From Candidatus Brocadiia bacterium (lineage in GTDB: Bacteria > Planctomycetota > Brocadiia > SM23-32), in NCBI GenBank assembly GCA_046538485.1, contig JBKHIT010000053.1:1-35285 (forward strand): 35,285 nucleotides of DNA. Direction: 5' to 3'. Made by a program: the position numbers and the translations under genes. The notes under the pieces are model-generated. The model saw nothing but the letters and a program-made list of their open reading frames with translations. It was not told the origin of the DNA and searched no databases. Numbering within the stretch: position 1 is the first letter of the stretch; each line of letters opens with the position of its first letter. This document shows positions 9,401-18,657 of the stretch, piece after piece.

Positions 9401-10322
9401 TCCCGATCTATGGAAACCGATTCGGCAGATTCCACATGCTGCGTGGTTTCCTGGAGTCCTTGTTCGCGTGGAGGTGGATAACAAACCGATTTATCTCAAT
9501 GATACCGGACAATATGCCGCCCTCGGCGCCACTCACTACGCCGGTCGACCTGGCCTCACACAAAACGGAACAATTGCAGCCATCGAACCGCCTGAATCGT
9601 TTGAAGACCGCTCTTTCACTCGGTACGCCATGGCGGTTACCAAATCCGGAGATGCCGTTATTCAAAAGACGAGGCGTTTTTACGGTATCTCGCATGGCAA
9701 TCGCAAAAAACATTGGGCAGAACTCGCCCCCGAGGAACGTAACCGTCAGCATCAGGAATTGATTTCGGCCCTTTCACAATCTGCTGAACCCAAGGGCAAA
9801 CTGCGCACTCATTTTAAATCATACCCGGGCGAGGAACTCTTTGCGGCGAGGTGGGAACGATTTGCGGTTCGGGAAGGGAACTTTTTGTATTTCCGCATCC
9901 CGGAATCTTTCGCAGATTTATTCCACTTTATGGCCGACGAACGTGAAAACCCTCTTTATTTTGCGCGAAACAGGCGCCATACGCTGATCTTTGATATAGT
10001 CCTTCCATCCGGCTGGAAACACACACGATTTGCTCCGCCGCCAATCGACTGGCAAAGCCCCTCCAATCTTGGCCGCATAAAAGCCCAGGTGAAACTCATC
10101 TCGCCCCTTGAACAAAAGGGAGATGAAAACATCCCCTGGGTCTTGCTGGAAACGACCAACACCAAAGAGCCGCGGCGAACTATTCTGCGTATCTCCTATG
10201 ATGTCGATCTCCAGCCCGGAATAATTGATGCAGACAGGTACGATTTACTGCTCGACATAATGCGTCGTCTCAAACACCTTGGGAGCCGCACAGTTTGCCT
10301 GACCAGCGACGAACGGGAATAA
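6411..10322 (+). CDS. Secreted tandem DUF3857/transglutaminase-like protein (two fused modules)
   Basis: Start placed at ATG 6411 (GAGGGAG RBS; alternative ATG 6444) because the track's 6051 start overlaps mutS2. Signal peptide RLVFLLLAGISWVATAA. Module 1 has GVCRDKA, FNHAI and MDPT; module 2 repeats the architecture. Confidence 0.85.
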   Translation: MISTRKDRILRMSRLVFLLLAGISWVATAAETKKAAEMFPDGFLDQKKVIEAAKKVTGQKYPNAEDVLVDDHIRVRYFEDGTSRMWDDWYVKILTEKGRRERATLEMHFTIPYSLPEDIQVKKLEVIKPDGRIVKVDVKSQSRVMIDPSQRASNIYNPNSKVLVVNVASLEVGDLVHYFTYKRVRHPRVRNVWADMQIFEYTSPIKHYSYEVIGPSERPLRNIALKDPVGKTVTHSTRKEGGLLHHRWEATDVPRMFREPNMPSLHRVVQRVLVSTAPDWESISKWYWEISSPHYEVTPRIKKKVKALTDNAPTRKEKIRAIFNFVSQQVRYLGITKEDTAPGYEPHDVSDTFENLAGVCRDKAALLVVMLREAGFQAYPVLIHTGPRKDPDVPLPWFNHAIACVQKEDGEGYQLMDPTDETTRRLLPAYLNNCSYLVARPDGEELRVSPIIPATENLMHISTVGSIDAEGNLTATSTLRFDGQNDNGYRGYFARLKPVERRRYFSSIVKRVVPGAKLTGFELFPQKMQDTSRQLEATLKLEATEVPISDEEFSLLPIPLFGTNIGYAHFILRGGTGLETRKYPLKTDIACGVNERLEITLDPALGSMKSLPTYPEIDHDTIAWKASLDKKDNKIIGTSRFLLKAVEFTPKQYANLKNVLGTIEYNQRKMPVLQRTANESPEDGADAVVLEERVSYHLKDQHNWTETRSVRRKILTYAGKKHYSEVKLRYNEAWETLKLKNATVTTPDGTVKNIPENQINRMDASWVGSAPRFPKTKVLVASLPGVSVGSTIEYTVVKKNEGKPFFSAQESFRDFEPVLKKSLEIIAPSSMKLKTMQTGERIKYDESTLSGPHVRRLWQVKNLDAIKRERYLPPLFTLGPTVFVSTGSWEKHAEYVTGILHQRARKIQKTVARAKELTAGKKALREKVIAIRDFIARNIRLAGPKIHEAPLAVLATPDKTLADGYGSSAERAVVFYVMLRQIGLKPQFVLVSQAPRAPDLWKPIRQIPHAAWFPGVLVRVEVDNKPIYLNDTGQYAALGATHYAGRPGLTQNGTIAAIEPPESFEDRSFTRYAMAVTKSGDAVIQKTRRFYGISHGNRKKHWAELAPEERNRQHQELISALSQSAEPKGKLRTHFKSYPGEELFAARWERFAVREGNFLYFRIPESFADLFHFMADERENPLYFARNRRHTLIFDIVLPSGWKHTRFAPPPIDWQSPSNLGRIKAQVKLISPLEQKGDENIPWVLLETTNTKEPRRTILRISYDVDLQPGIIDADRYDLLLDIMRRLKHLGSRTVCLTSDERE

Positions 10323-10409
10323 TTCTTCGCAGGCAAAATTGAATTCCGCACTCGTAGCCGATTCGATTTTTTTTAGTCAGGAACACAAACCACAAGATGG
10401 CAGCGACGT

Positions 10410-10507
10410 TTGCCTGCCGGCAAATTCCCCTCCATGACAATTGTGCTGATTACAACGCAATTGTCAGCAACGATAGTGACGAAGTTTATAAGTTTTTCGG
10501 CAGGCAA
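10410..10507. repeat. Nested inverted repeat between convergent genes
   Basis: TTGCCTGCCG (10410-10419) pairs with CGGCAGGCAA (10498-10507). Inside, TGACAATTG (10435-10443) pairs with CAATTGTCA (10458-10466). Confidence 0.6.
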
Positions 10508-10528
10508 CAGGCCCTCTCACCACCTCAC

Positions 10529-11575
10529 TCAATAGCAGGGTATGGTCTTAAGGACCTCGTATTTTTGAGCATCGAAAATAACGATCCGCCAGGCGTCCGT
10601 AACAGCTGCGACTTTATCGTCACCGAGCGGTGTAAAGTCGCGGAAATACTCCGGGAAACCCGGCAACTGATCAATTTTACCCTGCCCAAGTTTTTTCGAA
10701 TCCGGCGACAGCACCAGGTACGAACGAAGGCTCCCGGTCCAGATATTTCCGGCGGGTCCCATCCCGGAACCGTATGCAAATTCGCCCGTTGGTTTTGTTT
10801 CGTAAGTGCCTGCCTCAATATCAAACGTAGCAACATATCGACCGTAACAGGCAAACACAGCCCCGTTTTCAGCCGGGAACATATCGAATTTGTTGGGGGT
10901 ATCGAAGCACTCGATTGTTTTGATTATCTTTTCGGCTTCAACATCCATAGCCATAATTTTCGAGACATACCCATCCGTCCGCTGACGCCATAAATTTCTT
11001 TCCATATGGCCCTCGGGTCTTGGACCAGCGTCAGCCTCTTTTTCTTTTTTATTTGCAAAACGTCCACTTCGCAAATAGCAGATTTTAGCATTCTCAGAGA
11101 AGACCGTCTGCATCGGTTTAAAATCTTCTGGCAGATCAATCTTTTTTTCCACTTCCCATTCGGGCAACGACCACACGATAAGCACTCTATCTTTCCATCC
11201 TCCGCCGCGTTTTTTCCCGATGGTTCCTGCCACGGGAGCTTTGGGAGCGATTGCACAAGCAATTGCACCCTTAACCTTTTTTACCTGTTTCCAGTTTTCA
11301 ACATCATATACAAGCAAGTCTCTGCCGCCCCCGTTGACAACACATTGATCGCCGGTCGAATCGAAATGAATTCCCTGAACACGGTAATCCACGCGCACCT
11401 TTTCAAGAATTTCCCAGCTTTCGGTGTCGTACAGGTAGATGGCCCTGTTAGCCCCGCCGACAACAAGATGTTTACCATCCGGGCTCGCACCGCAAGCGTT
11501 CAGCGCAAGCGCGCTCGAAGCTGACGCACAAAGAGCTGCTACAAAGCACAGACAAATCACTGCAAATCGATCCAT
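10529..11575 (-). CDS. Secreted WD40/YVTN-like beta-propeller protein
   Basis: ATG 11575 follows a GGAGG RBS. Signal peptide MDRFAVICLCFVAALCASASSALA; blade-like repeats (SPDGKHLVVGG..IYLYD, FDSTGD..LLVYD). Confidence 0.72.
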   Translation of the reverse strand: MDRFAVICLCFVAALCASASSALALNACGASPDGKHLVVGGANRAIYLYDTESWEILEKVRVDYRVQGIHFDSTGDQCVVNGGGRDLLVYDVENWKQVKKVKGAIACAIAPKAPVAGTIGKKRGGGWKDRVLIVWSLPEWEVEKKIDLPEDFKPMQTVFSENAKICYLRSGRFANKKEKEADAGPRPEGHMERNLWRQRTDGYVSKIMAMDVEAEKIIKTIECFDTPNKFDMFPAENGAVFACYGRYVATFDIEAGTYETKPTGEFAYGSGMGPAGNIWTGSLRSYLVLSPDSKKLGQGKIDQLPGFPEYFRDFTPLGDDKVAAVTDAWRIVIFDAQKYEVLKTIPCY

Positions 11576-11766
11576 TTCTAACCTCCACAAAAAGTTCTTA
11601 ACCTCAATATCGTACCCCCTTTTTTACACCTTCACAAGTGCGACGAGGTTTGCTCACCATCCAACCGACCATTTTTGCTTTTTATGACGGCCGAACAAAA
11701 GAAATACTTCTGGGGAGCGAAATCTGGTTCCTCTACGCAGCTGTACAATGTTGTTATTGCACCGAT

Positions 11767-13224
11767 TTAAGATTGCCCGCTGACTTCCAGAGTCTTTCCC
11801 GGCCGGGCGCCTGTGTGTTTCCAGGCTCCCCTCTGGAAAAGAAGCGCGTTCAGAAGGCCCATGGCAATGTTGCCGGTAAACAAAGCGACCCAGATCCCAT
11901 CAACGCTCTCCCAGCGGGTTGCGAGAAACACGGCAAGCGGAACCGCTATCACAACCTGAGACATCCCGGTAACGATCATTGGGCGCAGGCTTTCTCCGGC
12001 TCCTATCATCCCCTGTGAAAGCACAATCCCCGCTGCCATAAGCGGAAAAGACGCGGAGAACCATTTCAGCAGTGTCGCTCCCGCTTCCACAACCTCTGGA
12101 TCTTTGTTAAACACCCGAATCAGCATGTGTGGATCAGCCCAAAAAAGAGCTGTCAGACACCCACCGATTATCATAGCTGTTCCCGTAGCGGTCCATCCCG
12201 ATCGGCTCGCCCGCCCGGGTTGGTTGGCACCAAGATTTTGTCCGATCATGGTCGCCGCCGCCGTACCAAAACCTTTTCCTGGAGCCAGCACCAACATCTG
12301 CAGACGGAAGCCGATACCAAAAGCGGCCACAGCTGCGGTCCCGAAACTCGCCGTCAGCCGCATCAAAATCAGGCGTCCAAGGTTACGCAACATAGCTCGC
12401 CCGGAGGCAAATACACCGATGCGAAGGATCCGGCCAATAATTTCGAAACGTGGCCATATATCGCTGACATGAAGCTCAAGAATGCTTTTGCGCGAAGAAA
12501 GCATAAAAATCAGCAGCGCCAGAATTGCCAGACCACGTCCCAGGATAGTGGCGAGTGCAGAGCCGGCAACTCCCAGCTTCGGGAACCCGAACATCCCAAA
12601 AATCAGTAAGGGATCCAGGATTGCATTCAGTGCATTTGCCAGAATCAGAGTTTTAGCCGGGGTCACAGCATCTCCTGCCCCCCGCAACGCGGCCGCCAGA
12701 GAAATATGTAGCAGCAAAGCTAAGCCCCCGCCGCTTATAATCCGCAGGTAACCCGATCCGACTTCCACAACCCCGGGTTCTGCCCCAAGCAGACGAAGAA
12801 TATGGGGAGCCAGCGGGTTGCCAAAAGCAGCGAGAGCAACCGCCAGGACCATAGCTATAAACAGCCCTTGTCCGGTGACAATCCCCGCGTGTCGTTCGTC
12901 CTCTCGTCCAAACGCATTTGCTACCAGAGCCGTCGTGCCTCCCTCGATCCCAAGAGCCACCACGATAACGATACCGATCATCACACTGCTCATCGTAACG
13001 CCTGCGACTGCCACAGGGCCCAGCTTGCCCACGAAAAACATGTCGACAAGATGCATCAGGTTGAGAAAAACGAAACCACCCCATGTCGGCACAGCCAGAC
13101 GCCAGATCGACGCATTAATGCTGCCGTTCAGAATCTCGCGGGTGTCTTCCCCACCAGTGATCTTTGGCCCGGACACCTCGGGGGACGATTTTTCTGGCCG
13201 GGTGTCTTTCTCTTGGGAGTCCAT
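11767..13224 (-). CDS. MATE family efflux transporter
   Basis: 485 aa with about 12 hydrophobic segments; LAVP..VDMFFVGKLG, LRGAGDAVTP, NAILDPLLIFG..LGVAGSALAT and IGQNLGA. Confidence 0.93.
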   Translation of the reverse strand: MDSQEKDTRPEKSSPEVSGPKITGGEDTREILNGSINASIWRLAVPTWGGFVFLNLMHLVDMFFVGKLGPVAVAGVTMSSVMIGIVIVVALGIEGGTTALVANAFGREDERHAGIVTGQGLFIAMVLAVALAAFGNPLAPHILRLLGAEPGVVEVGSGYLRIISGGGLALLLHISLAAALRGAGDAVTPAKTLILANALNAILDPLLIFGMFGFPKLGVAGSALATILGRGLAILALLIFMLSSRKSILELHVSDIWPRFEIIGRILRIGVFASGRAMLRNLGRLILMRLTASFGTAAVAAFGIGFRLQMLVLAPGKGFGTAAATMIGQNLGANQPGRASRSGWTATGTAMIIGGCLTALFWADPHMLIRVFNKDPEVVEAGATLLKWFSASFPLMAAGIVLSQGMIGAGESLRPMIVTGMSQVVIAVPLAVFLATRWESVDGIWVALFTGNIAMGLLNALLFQRGAWKHTGARPGKTLEVSGQS

Positions 13225-13402
13225 TCACTTTCTTACTGCAAGTTTAACCCGCTTTTCTCGAGCGCCGCTCCCGGAGGGCGAACCGCTGTTTTTAGACTCA
13301 GATTACAGACTGTGTACTGAGATCAGATGCGAAATATAGTGCAAAGTCTTTCTGGGCTGCCGTTTATAAGAATTATACCTTTAGATTCGTGAGAAATGCG
13401 CG

Positions 13403-13777
13403 TTAACCTCCAGTCAACCAGCGCAAAGCCCCGTCCAGATCCTTAAAAACTCGAACCATCAAACCCTGATTGCGACAGACGGTCGCATAGAATTCAAAAT
13501 CTTTGGCATCGGAACTGGACGGCACAAATACGTGAGCAAGCCGATCTTTCGGTCCATAGCCGGCTTCGTGTAACATTTCCGCCAGATCATAGACTTCCAT
13601 CGTGGAAAGATCGGCCTCCATCTCGCGTTGGTCCACAAGGAAACGATGCAATCCACCTTTGTGAGCAACAGACAGCGCTTCCTCCGCCATCTTTTTGAAA
13701 CTCTCTGGCACCATCGTTCCGTAGTTTATAACCCGGACTATCTGATTCGAATTAATCAGTCCAATTTCCCAGGGCAT
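13403..13777 (-). CDS. Hypothetical protein, SpoIIAA/STAS-like fold
   Basis: 124 aa with GGAGG RBS; pattern FLVDQR...RLAHV...F...N.G..VRVFKDLDGALRWL. Confidence 0.65.
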   Translation of the reverse strand: MPWEIGLINSNQIVRVINYGTMVPESFKKMAEEALSVAHKGGLHRFLVDQREMEADLSTMEVYDLAEMLHEAGYGPKDRLAHVFVPSSSDAKDFEFYATVCRNQGLMVRVFKDLDGALRWLTGG

Positions 13778-14346
13778 ATTGTTACCACCTCCCTACTTCG
13801 TTTATGAACCAACCACCTCACATATTAGAATGGCCGAAACGGAATCGAGAATCAAATGCATTGAAAACTTAAGTTTTTTCGTATTCTGCCATTGTTCATA
13901 TACCGCGCCCGAAACTGGCGTCCTGCAACCGTGTCGGGCAAAAATGTATGCTTTCTTAAATTAGCTAAACGGACGTTAAAATGTTATCCTTAATAGTGAG
14001 AATACGTAGCGATTTTGACCTCACGATCTGTGTTCAAAATTTATAAAGCCGGGTGGCGCCGGTATGGGTTTCGATCATGACATAATCAACATCTGCGGCT
14101 TCAAAAGTTTTCCGTTTCAGCGACACGGCGTCGAATCGATGGTTTTCAGTTCAGTGATGATATGGGATTTAAAACAGGTGCTATAGTTTCTCCTGATGTG
14201 CTTCGCGGTTTTATACTCCCCTGGCATCGAAAACTACCGGGCGCTGCTGGATGAAAGGTTAAATTGCGGTCGATAAAGACCGCCTGGAAAGCACAGGGGC
14301 CTCATGATAATTCAATAAATTTCACAGCGGGATAAAGGAGACATGA

Positions 14347-15198
14347 ATGAACCAGAAAGGTGAAAAATTAATCGGGTATGTTGACTACGAGCTGGACAAT
14401 TACCATGCAAACGTCTATCTCAAACATCTTCGCGAAGATCTGACAGACCGTGGATTCAGGCTCGGCGGCTGTTTTGCTCTTGAAGAAGAGAGCGGACGAG
14501 ACTGGGCGAAGAAGAACCACGTCCCCTATTTCGCGTCGCCCGGCGAACTCAATGAGCAATGCGATTATTTCATGGTCCTGTCACCGTCCAATCCGGAATT
14601 GCACCTTGATCTGTGCAAACTTGTCTTCCCGTTCGGCAAACCGACGTACGTTGACAAAACTTTCGCGCCCGACACTGCAACTGCACGCAAAATCTTCGAG
14701 TTGGCCGACAAACATAATGTTGTCATGCAGACAACATCGGCCCTCCGTTACACCAACGTCCAGGATGAGATCAAAGAGATGGGGTCTCCGACCATTGAAC
14801 ACATGGTGACCTGGGGTGGCGGACGGTCCTTCGAGGAATATGCCATCCACCCGCTCGAACTGGCCGTCTCCTGCATGGGCCCCGGGGTAGAATCGGTTAT
14901 GCGTCGAGGAGCCGGAACTCAGTCACAGCTGCTCGCTAATTTTTCCGGCGGTCGTACGGCCGTGGTCAACGTCTACACCAATGCACAAACCCCGTATGCC
15001 GCCTCCATAACAACAGCAGACGAAACGCGAATCATAGAAGTGAAAACGGCGGATATTTTTCTCAACACACTCTCGGCCGTCCTTGATCTTTTTGAGAAAG
15101 GGAAACCGGATATCGACCGGGCTGAGAGTCTAATAATCCAACGGATACTCGACGCTGCCGAGGAGCCCGAAGCCAAAGCCGAATTCATCATGCTCTGA
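14347..15198 (+). CDS. Gfo/Idh/MocA-like NAD(P)-dependent oxidoreductase
   Basis: 283 aa with AAGGAG RBS; GKPTYVDKTFA, TSALRY and YAIHPLE. Confidence 0.75.
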   Translation: MNQKGEKLIGYVDYELDNYHANVYLKHLREDLTDRGFRLGGCFALEEESGRDWAKKNHVPYFASPGELNEQCDYFMVLSPSNPELHLDLCKLVFPFGKPTYVDKTFAPDTATARKIFELADKHNVVMQTTSALRYTNVQDEIKEMGSPTIEHMVTWGGGRSFEEYAIHPLELAVSCMGPGVESVMRRGAGTQSQLLANFSGGRTAVVNVYTNAQTPYAASITTADETRIIEVKTADIFLNTLSAVLDLFEKGKPDIDRAESLIIQRILDAAEEPEAKAEFIML

Positions 15199-15223
15199 AT
15201 TCCAGCTGCAGAAAGTTTCCCAA

Positions 15224-16909
15224 ATGAGTTCGCCTGCCCGTATTGAAAATTTGCCCAAACAGCTCGAACAGAAATGGGTCCGGATTCTGGGCGTTGACTA
15301 CCTTCATCTGGTTCTTGACGACGGAAGTGACCTCTATCTCACAGAACACGGACTCCCCTTTGCTGCCAATTTACTCCCAGAAAATTACTGGACTGATAAA
15401 GACTGGTTTCACGCCCATAGCGTAAAACTCCCGGGTAGCAGCACGCTGTACAAAATCGAAACCAAACCCGTTGGGGGCGTATCAAAACCAATCGTCCTCA
15501 AATGGAGTCGTATGGGACAGGACATTCCCGGAGAAACTGAAGTGTCGGATCTGGCCGGGGCACGTTTTAACAGCCCATTTGAAGAATTCGGTCTGGTTCG
15601 TGAACTGCGCTCCCGAACAAATTACGGCGCGCGATCGGTTTATACCCACAAACCTCTCGCGATCTACGTTCCCCGGCAAATCGTGGAACCGGAACGGATG
15701 GGACGGAAAAGCTATTGGATGAAAGCTGTTCAAAAGAAACACCGCGAAGTCGCTCTCGATCCAAAACGGCGGTACGCCGTCATCTATGAATGGGTCAAAG
15801 GTATTGATGCTGTGGCGGCCTGGAAAGCCGGTTTGATGGAAGAAAAGAACGCTCGCCGGCTTGTAAAAAGATCGAACAGAGAAATGGCCGAAAAAGGCTT
15901 CCGCGTCAGAGACAGCAAACCCCATCACCTGATCGTACGTCCCGCAGACAACAACCTGGCCCGGGACCGCGACGGCAGATTGCTCTACGCACTCGTCGAT
16001 TTCGAGCTTCTGGAACGCACGCCTGAACACGAAGAAAAAGTCCGTGCTTTGCGACGCCGAACCTATCTCGAAAGGCAGGCCCACCGTTTTGAATCCCATG
16101 AGGCTTATCAAACCCGGTTGTCGCCGGTACGTCTCATGGATGTCGACTATGTTTTTGGACCGGTAGAAAGCACAGGAGGCGCACTTTGGGTAGTAGGGAA
16201 TGATCCGGAACTGTTCGATTATTTTCTGCCGGAACGCTGGCGGGAGTCGCCCAAAACAAACCTTTCCTCCTCTGGAAACACCTACGAAACGACCACGAAG
16301 GACGATATCCATCTCGTCTGCCGCGTTTCAAAAGTCGGTTCAATTCCGCCCACAAATGAACTCAATCGCCAGGGAATCCAAATCCTGTCCCACGGCTACA
16401 ACAGTCCTTTCGAAGAAATTTCACTGAATTTTTACCTCAGCGGACGTGGTATCAACACGACTTACCCGCGCGCAATTTATATGAGCGGTCATAGAACGGA
16501 GGACGAGAACCAGCCCAAGGATCAACGACGGTACAAAAGCCACCAGCAGCTCCTTACCCCTGAAGGCCACCCCATCCTCAGTGACCATCATAAATACGTC
16601 CTCATTTGGGGTTACTGGAACGGCCCGGATGAGTTGCTTGCCGAAAACGATCAGGACTACTTCAGAAGCCTTGACGCCCAGAGAGCAAGAGAAGAAAACC
16701 TGATTTCCGGGAAAACATTCGCGGCTATTTTGCGGAAAACCGATAAAAAGCTCAGAAAAACGGGCGTGAAAGACCTTGATCTGAAAGGCAGTCACCTCCT
16801 GCTTTCCATCGATCGCAATGATGAATTTCTGCGCGACGACGACGGGTTGCCGACCGTGAGGATTTGCAACTTTGAACTGATACAAAGAATCGACAAGCCC
16901 CTCATCTAA
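15224..16909 (+). CDS. Uncharacterised protein with two tandem protein-kinase-like modules
   Basis: 561 aa with an internal duplication (FNSPFEEF/YNSPFEEI, KPLAIY/YPRAIY, DFELL/NFELI) and kinase-like motifs VLKW, RDSKPHH and VDFE. Confidence 0.65.
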   Translation: MSSPARIENLPKQLEQKWVRILGVDYLHLVLDDGSDLYLTEHGLPFAANLLPENYWTDKDWFHAHSVKLPGSSTLYKIETKPVGGVSKPIVLKWSRMGQDIPGETEVSDLAGARFNSPFEEFGLVRELRSRTNYGARSVYTHKPLAIYVPRQIVEPERMGRKSYWMKAVQKKHREVALDPKRRYAVIYEWVKGIDAVAAWKAGLMEEKNARRLVKRSNREMAEKGFRVRDSKPHHLIVRPADNNLARDRDGRLLYALVDFELLERTPEHEEKVRALRRRTYLERQAHRFESHEAYQTRLSPVRLMDVDYVFGPVESTGGALWVVGNDPELFDYFLPERWRESPKTNLSSSGNTYETTTKDDIHLVCRVSKVGSIPPTNELNRQGIQILSHGYNSPFEEISLNFYLSGRGINTTYPRAIYMSGHRTEDENQPKDQRRYKSHQQLLTPEGHPILSDHHKYVLIWGYWNGPDELLAENDQDYFRSLDAQRAREENLISGKTFAAILRKTDKKLRKTGVKDLDLKGSHLLLSIDRNDEFLRDDDGLPTVRICNFELIQRIDKPLI

Positions 16910-16944
16910 ACCACCGCACTTCCAAGAAAGGACAACCTCAATTA

Positions 16945-18408
16945 ATGCTCATTCTCGCCCTTGACCTCGGCACAACCGGCAACCGTGCGCTCGTATTCGA
17001 TACTGAACTGAACGTCCGCGCCAGAGCCTATCAGGAATTCAGACAACATTATCCCAAACCCGGCTGGGTCGAACACGATCCTCTCGAGATATGGGAGACC
17101 AGCAAAGCAGTCGTTCAAAAAGTTCTCGAAGATGTCAATAAAGATGAAATTGAAGGTGTCGGCGTCACAAATCAACGAGAAACCGTTGTCTGTTGGGATC
17201 CGGATACCGGACAGCCTGTTCATAACGCCATTGTCTGGCAGGATCGTCGCACCACCGCCCGCTGCCGGCAACTCAGAGACAACCACTGGGAAGGCAAAAT
17301 CCATGCGCGAACTGGCCTGCGGTGCGACCCTTATTTCAGTGCCACTAAAATCGAATGGTTGCTCCAAAACATCCCTGAGACCAGAAGTGGTATCTTCGGG
17401 ACGGTCGACTCGTGGATCCTGTGGAATCTGGGCCGCGAACATCCTCACGCCACAGACTTCAGTAACGCCTCCCGCACAATGCTCTTCAACATTCAAGACA
17501 AAAAATGGGATCCCGATCTTCTTGAACTTTTCGGAGTTTCGTCTCACGCTCTCCCTGATGTTAGACCCAGCTCCGGGACATTTGCGAACCTCGACCCTGA
17601 TCTGTTCGGGTTCACCGCTCCGATCTCCGGCGTGGCGGGCGATCAGCAAGCCGCGATGTTCGGACAGGGCTGCTTCGAACCGGGCATTGTCAAGAATACC
17701 TACGGAACAGGTCTGTTCCTTTTGGTCAATACCGGGGCTAAGAGGCAACTCTCTGAGAATCTTCTGTCAACCATCGCGTGGAAGATCGGGGACCGAACAG
17801 ACTACGCTCTGGAAGGCAGCGTATTCGCTGGCGGCGCGGCAGTCCAATGGCTGCGGGATGGACTTGAGATAATCGCCGGTTCCGCCGAGACGGCCGAGAT
17901 GGCGGCGTCACTCGATGCGAACGATGATGTCTATTTCGTGCCCGCCCTGCAGGGGCTCGGTGCGCCTTACTGGGATCCCCGCGCTCGGGGAATATTCGTG
18001 GGACTGACCGGCGGGACAAAACGGGAACATTTCGCCCGTGCTGCGCTTGAATCGATCGCGTACCAGACGCGAGACGTAACTGAATCCATGCGCGATGAGC
18101 TGGGCGAACCCATCAAAAAGTTGCAAGCCGATGGGGGCGCATGTGCAAATGACTGGTTGATGCAGTTCCAGGCCGATATCCTGGGCGTGCCCGTCGAACG
18201 GAACATGAACCTGGATACGACCGCGGTGGGCGTCGCGGGCCTCGCCGGTCTCCACCTCGGGGTGTGGCAAACGGTGGAAGATTTCGCTGCCCACCGCAAG
18301 ATCGACCGCCGTTTCGAACCCCGCATGTCTGAAACTGAGCGTGAAGCTCTTTACTCACGCTGGCAGGAAGCGGTCTCCCGCGCGCGCAACTGGGCACCCA
18401 GAGAATAA
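16945..18408 (+). CDS. glpK: Glycerol kinase
   Basis: 487 aa with ALDLGTTG, PKPGWVEHDP, TNQRET, VWQDRRT, DPYFSATK, SNASRT, GDQQAA, KNTYGTG and GLGAPYW. Confidence 0.95.
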   Translation: MLILALDLGTTGNRALVFDTELNVRARAYQEFRQHYPKPGWVEHDPLEIWETSKAVVQKVLEDVNKDEIEGVGVTNQRETVVCWDPDTGQPVHNAIVWQDRRTTARCRQLRDNHWEGKIHARTGLRCDPYFSATKIEWLLQNIPETRSGIFGTVDSWILWNLGREHPHATDFSNASRTMLFNIQDKKWDPDLLELFGVSSHALPDVRPSSGTFANLDPDLFGFTAPISGVAGDQQAAMFGQGCFEPGIVKNTYGTGLFLLVNTGAKRQLSENLLSTIAWKIGDRTDYALEGSVFAGGAAVQWLRDGLEIIAGSAETAEMAASLDANDDVYFVPALQGLGAPYWDPRARGIFVGLTGGTKREHFARAALESIAYQTRDVTESMRDELGEPIKKLQADGGACANDWLMQFQADILGVPVERNMNLDTTAVGVAGLAGLHLGVWQTVEDFAAHRKIDRRFEPRMSETEREALYSRWQEAVSRARNWAPRE

Positions 18409-18657
18409 TCAAAAGGATGATTGTCGCAACTTCGAACCGGGTCTTTAGCTTCTTGTAAATCATTGCTTTTCGCATTTAATCTGGCACAGCAATAAAAACA
18501 GCCCGGGCCGAAGCGACATGGTATTGGGTACCAGTGCTCCCGGGCTAAAACGCTCAACGCGCCTGGCTGGCTGGAGTTTTCGTATTTCACATTCGCGCTG
18601 ACCCGGCAAAAAGCTTTAGAATCGCGATGAATCGCGACCGCATGCGAGGAAACTTTT

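Noticed and set aside
13780..14340. tRNA or riboswitch in the divergent intergenic region
   Set aside because: No cloverleaf, T-loop or recognisable aptamer; only a small hairpin GCGGTC-GATAAA-GACCGC.
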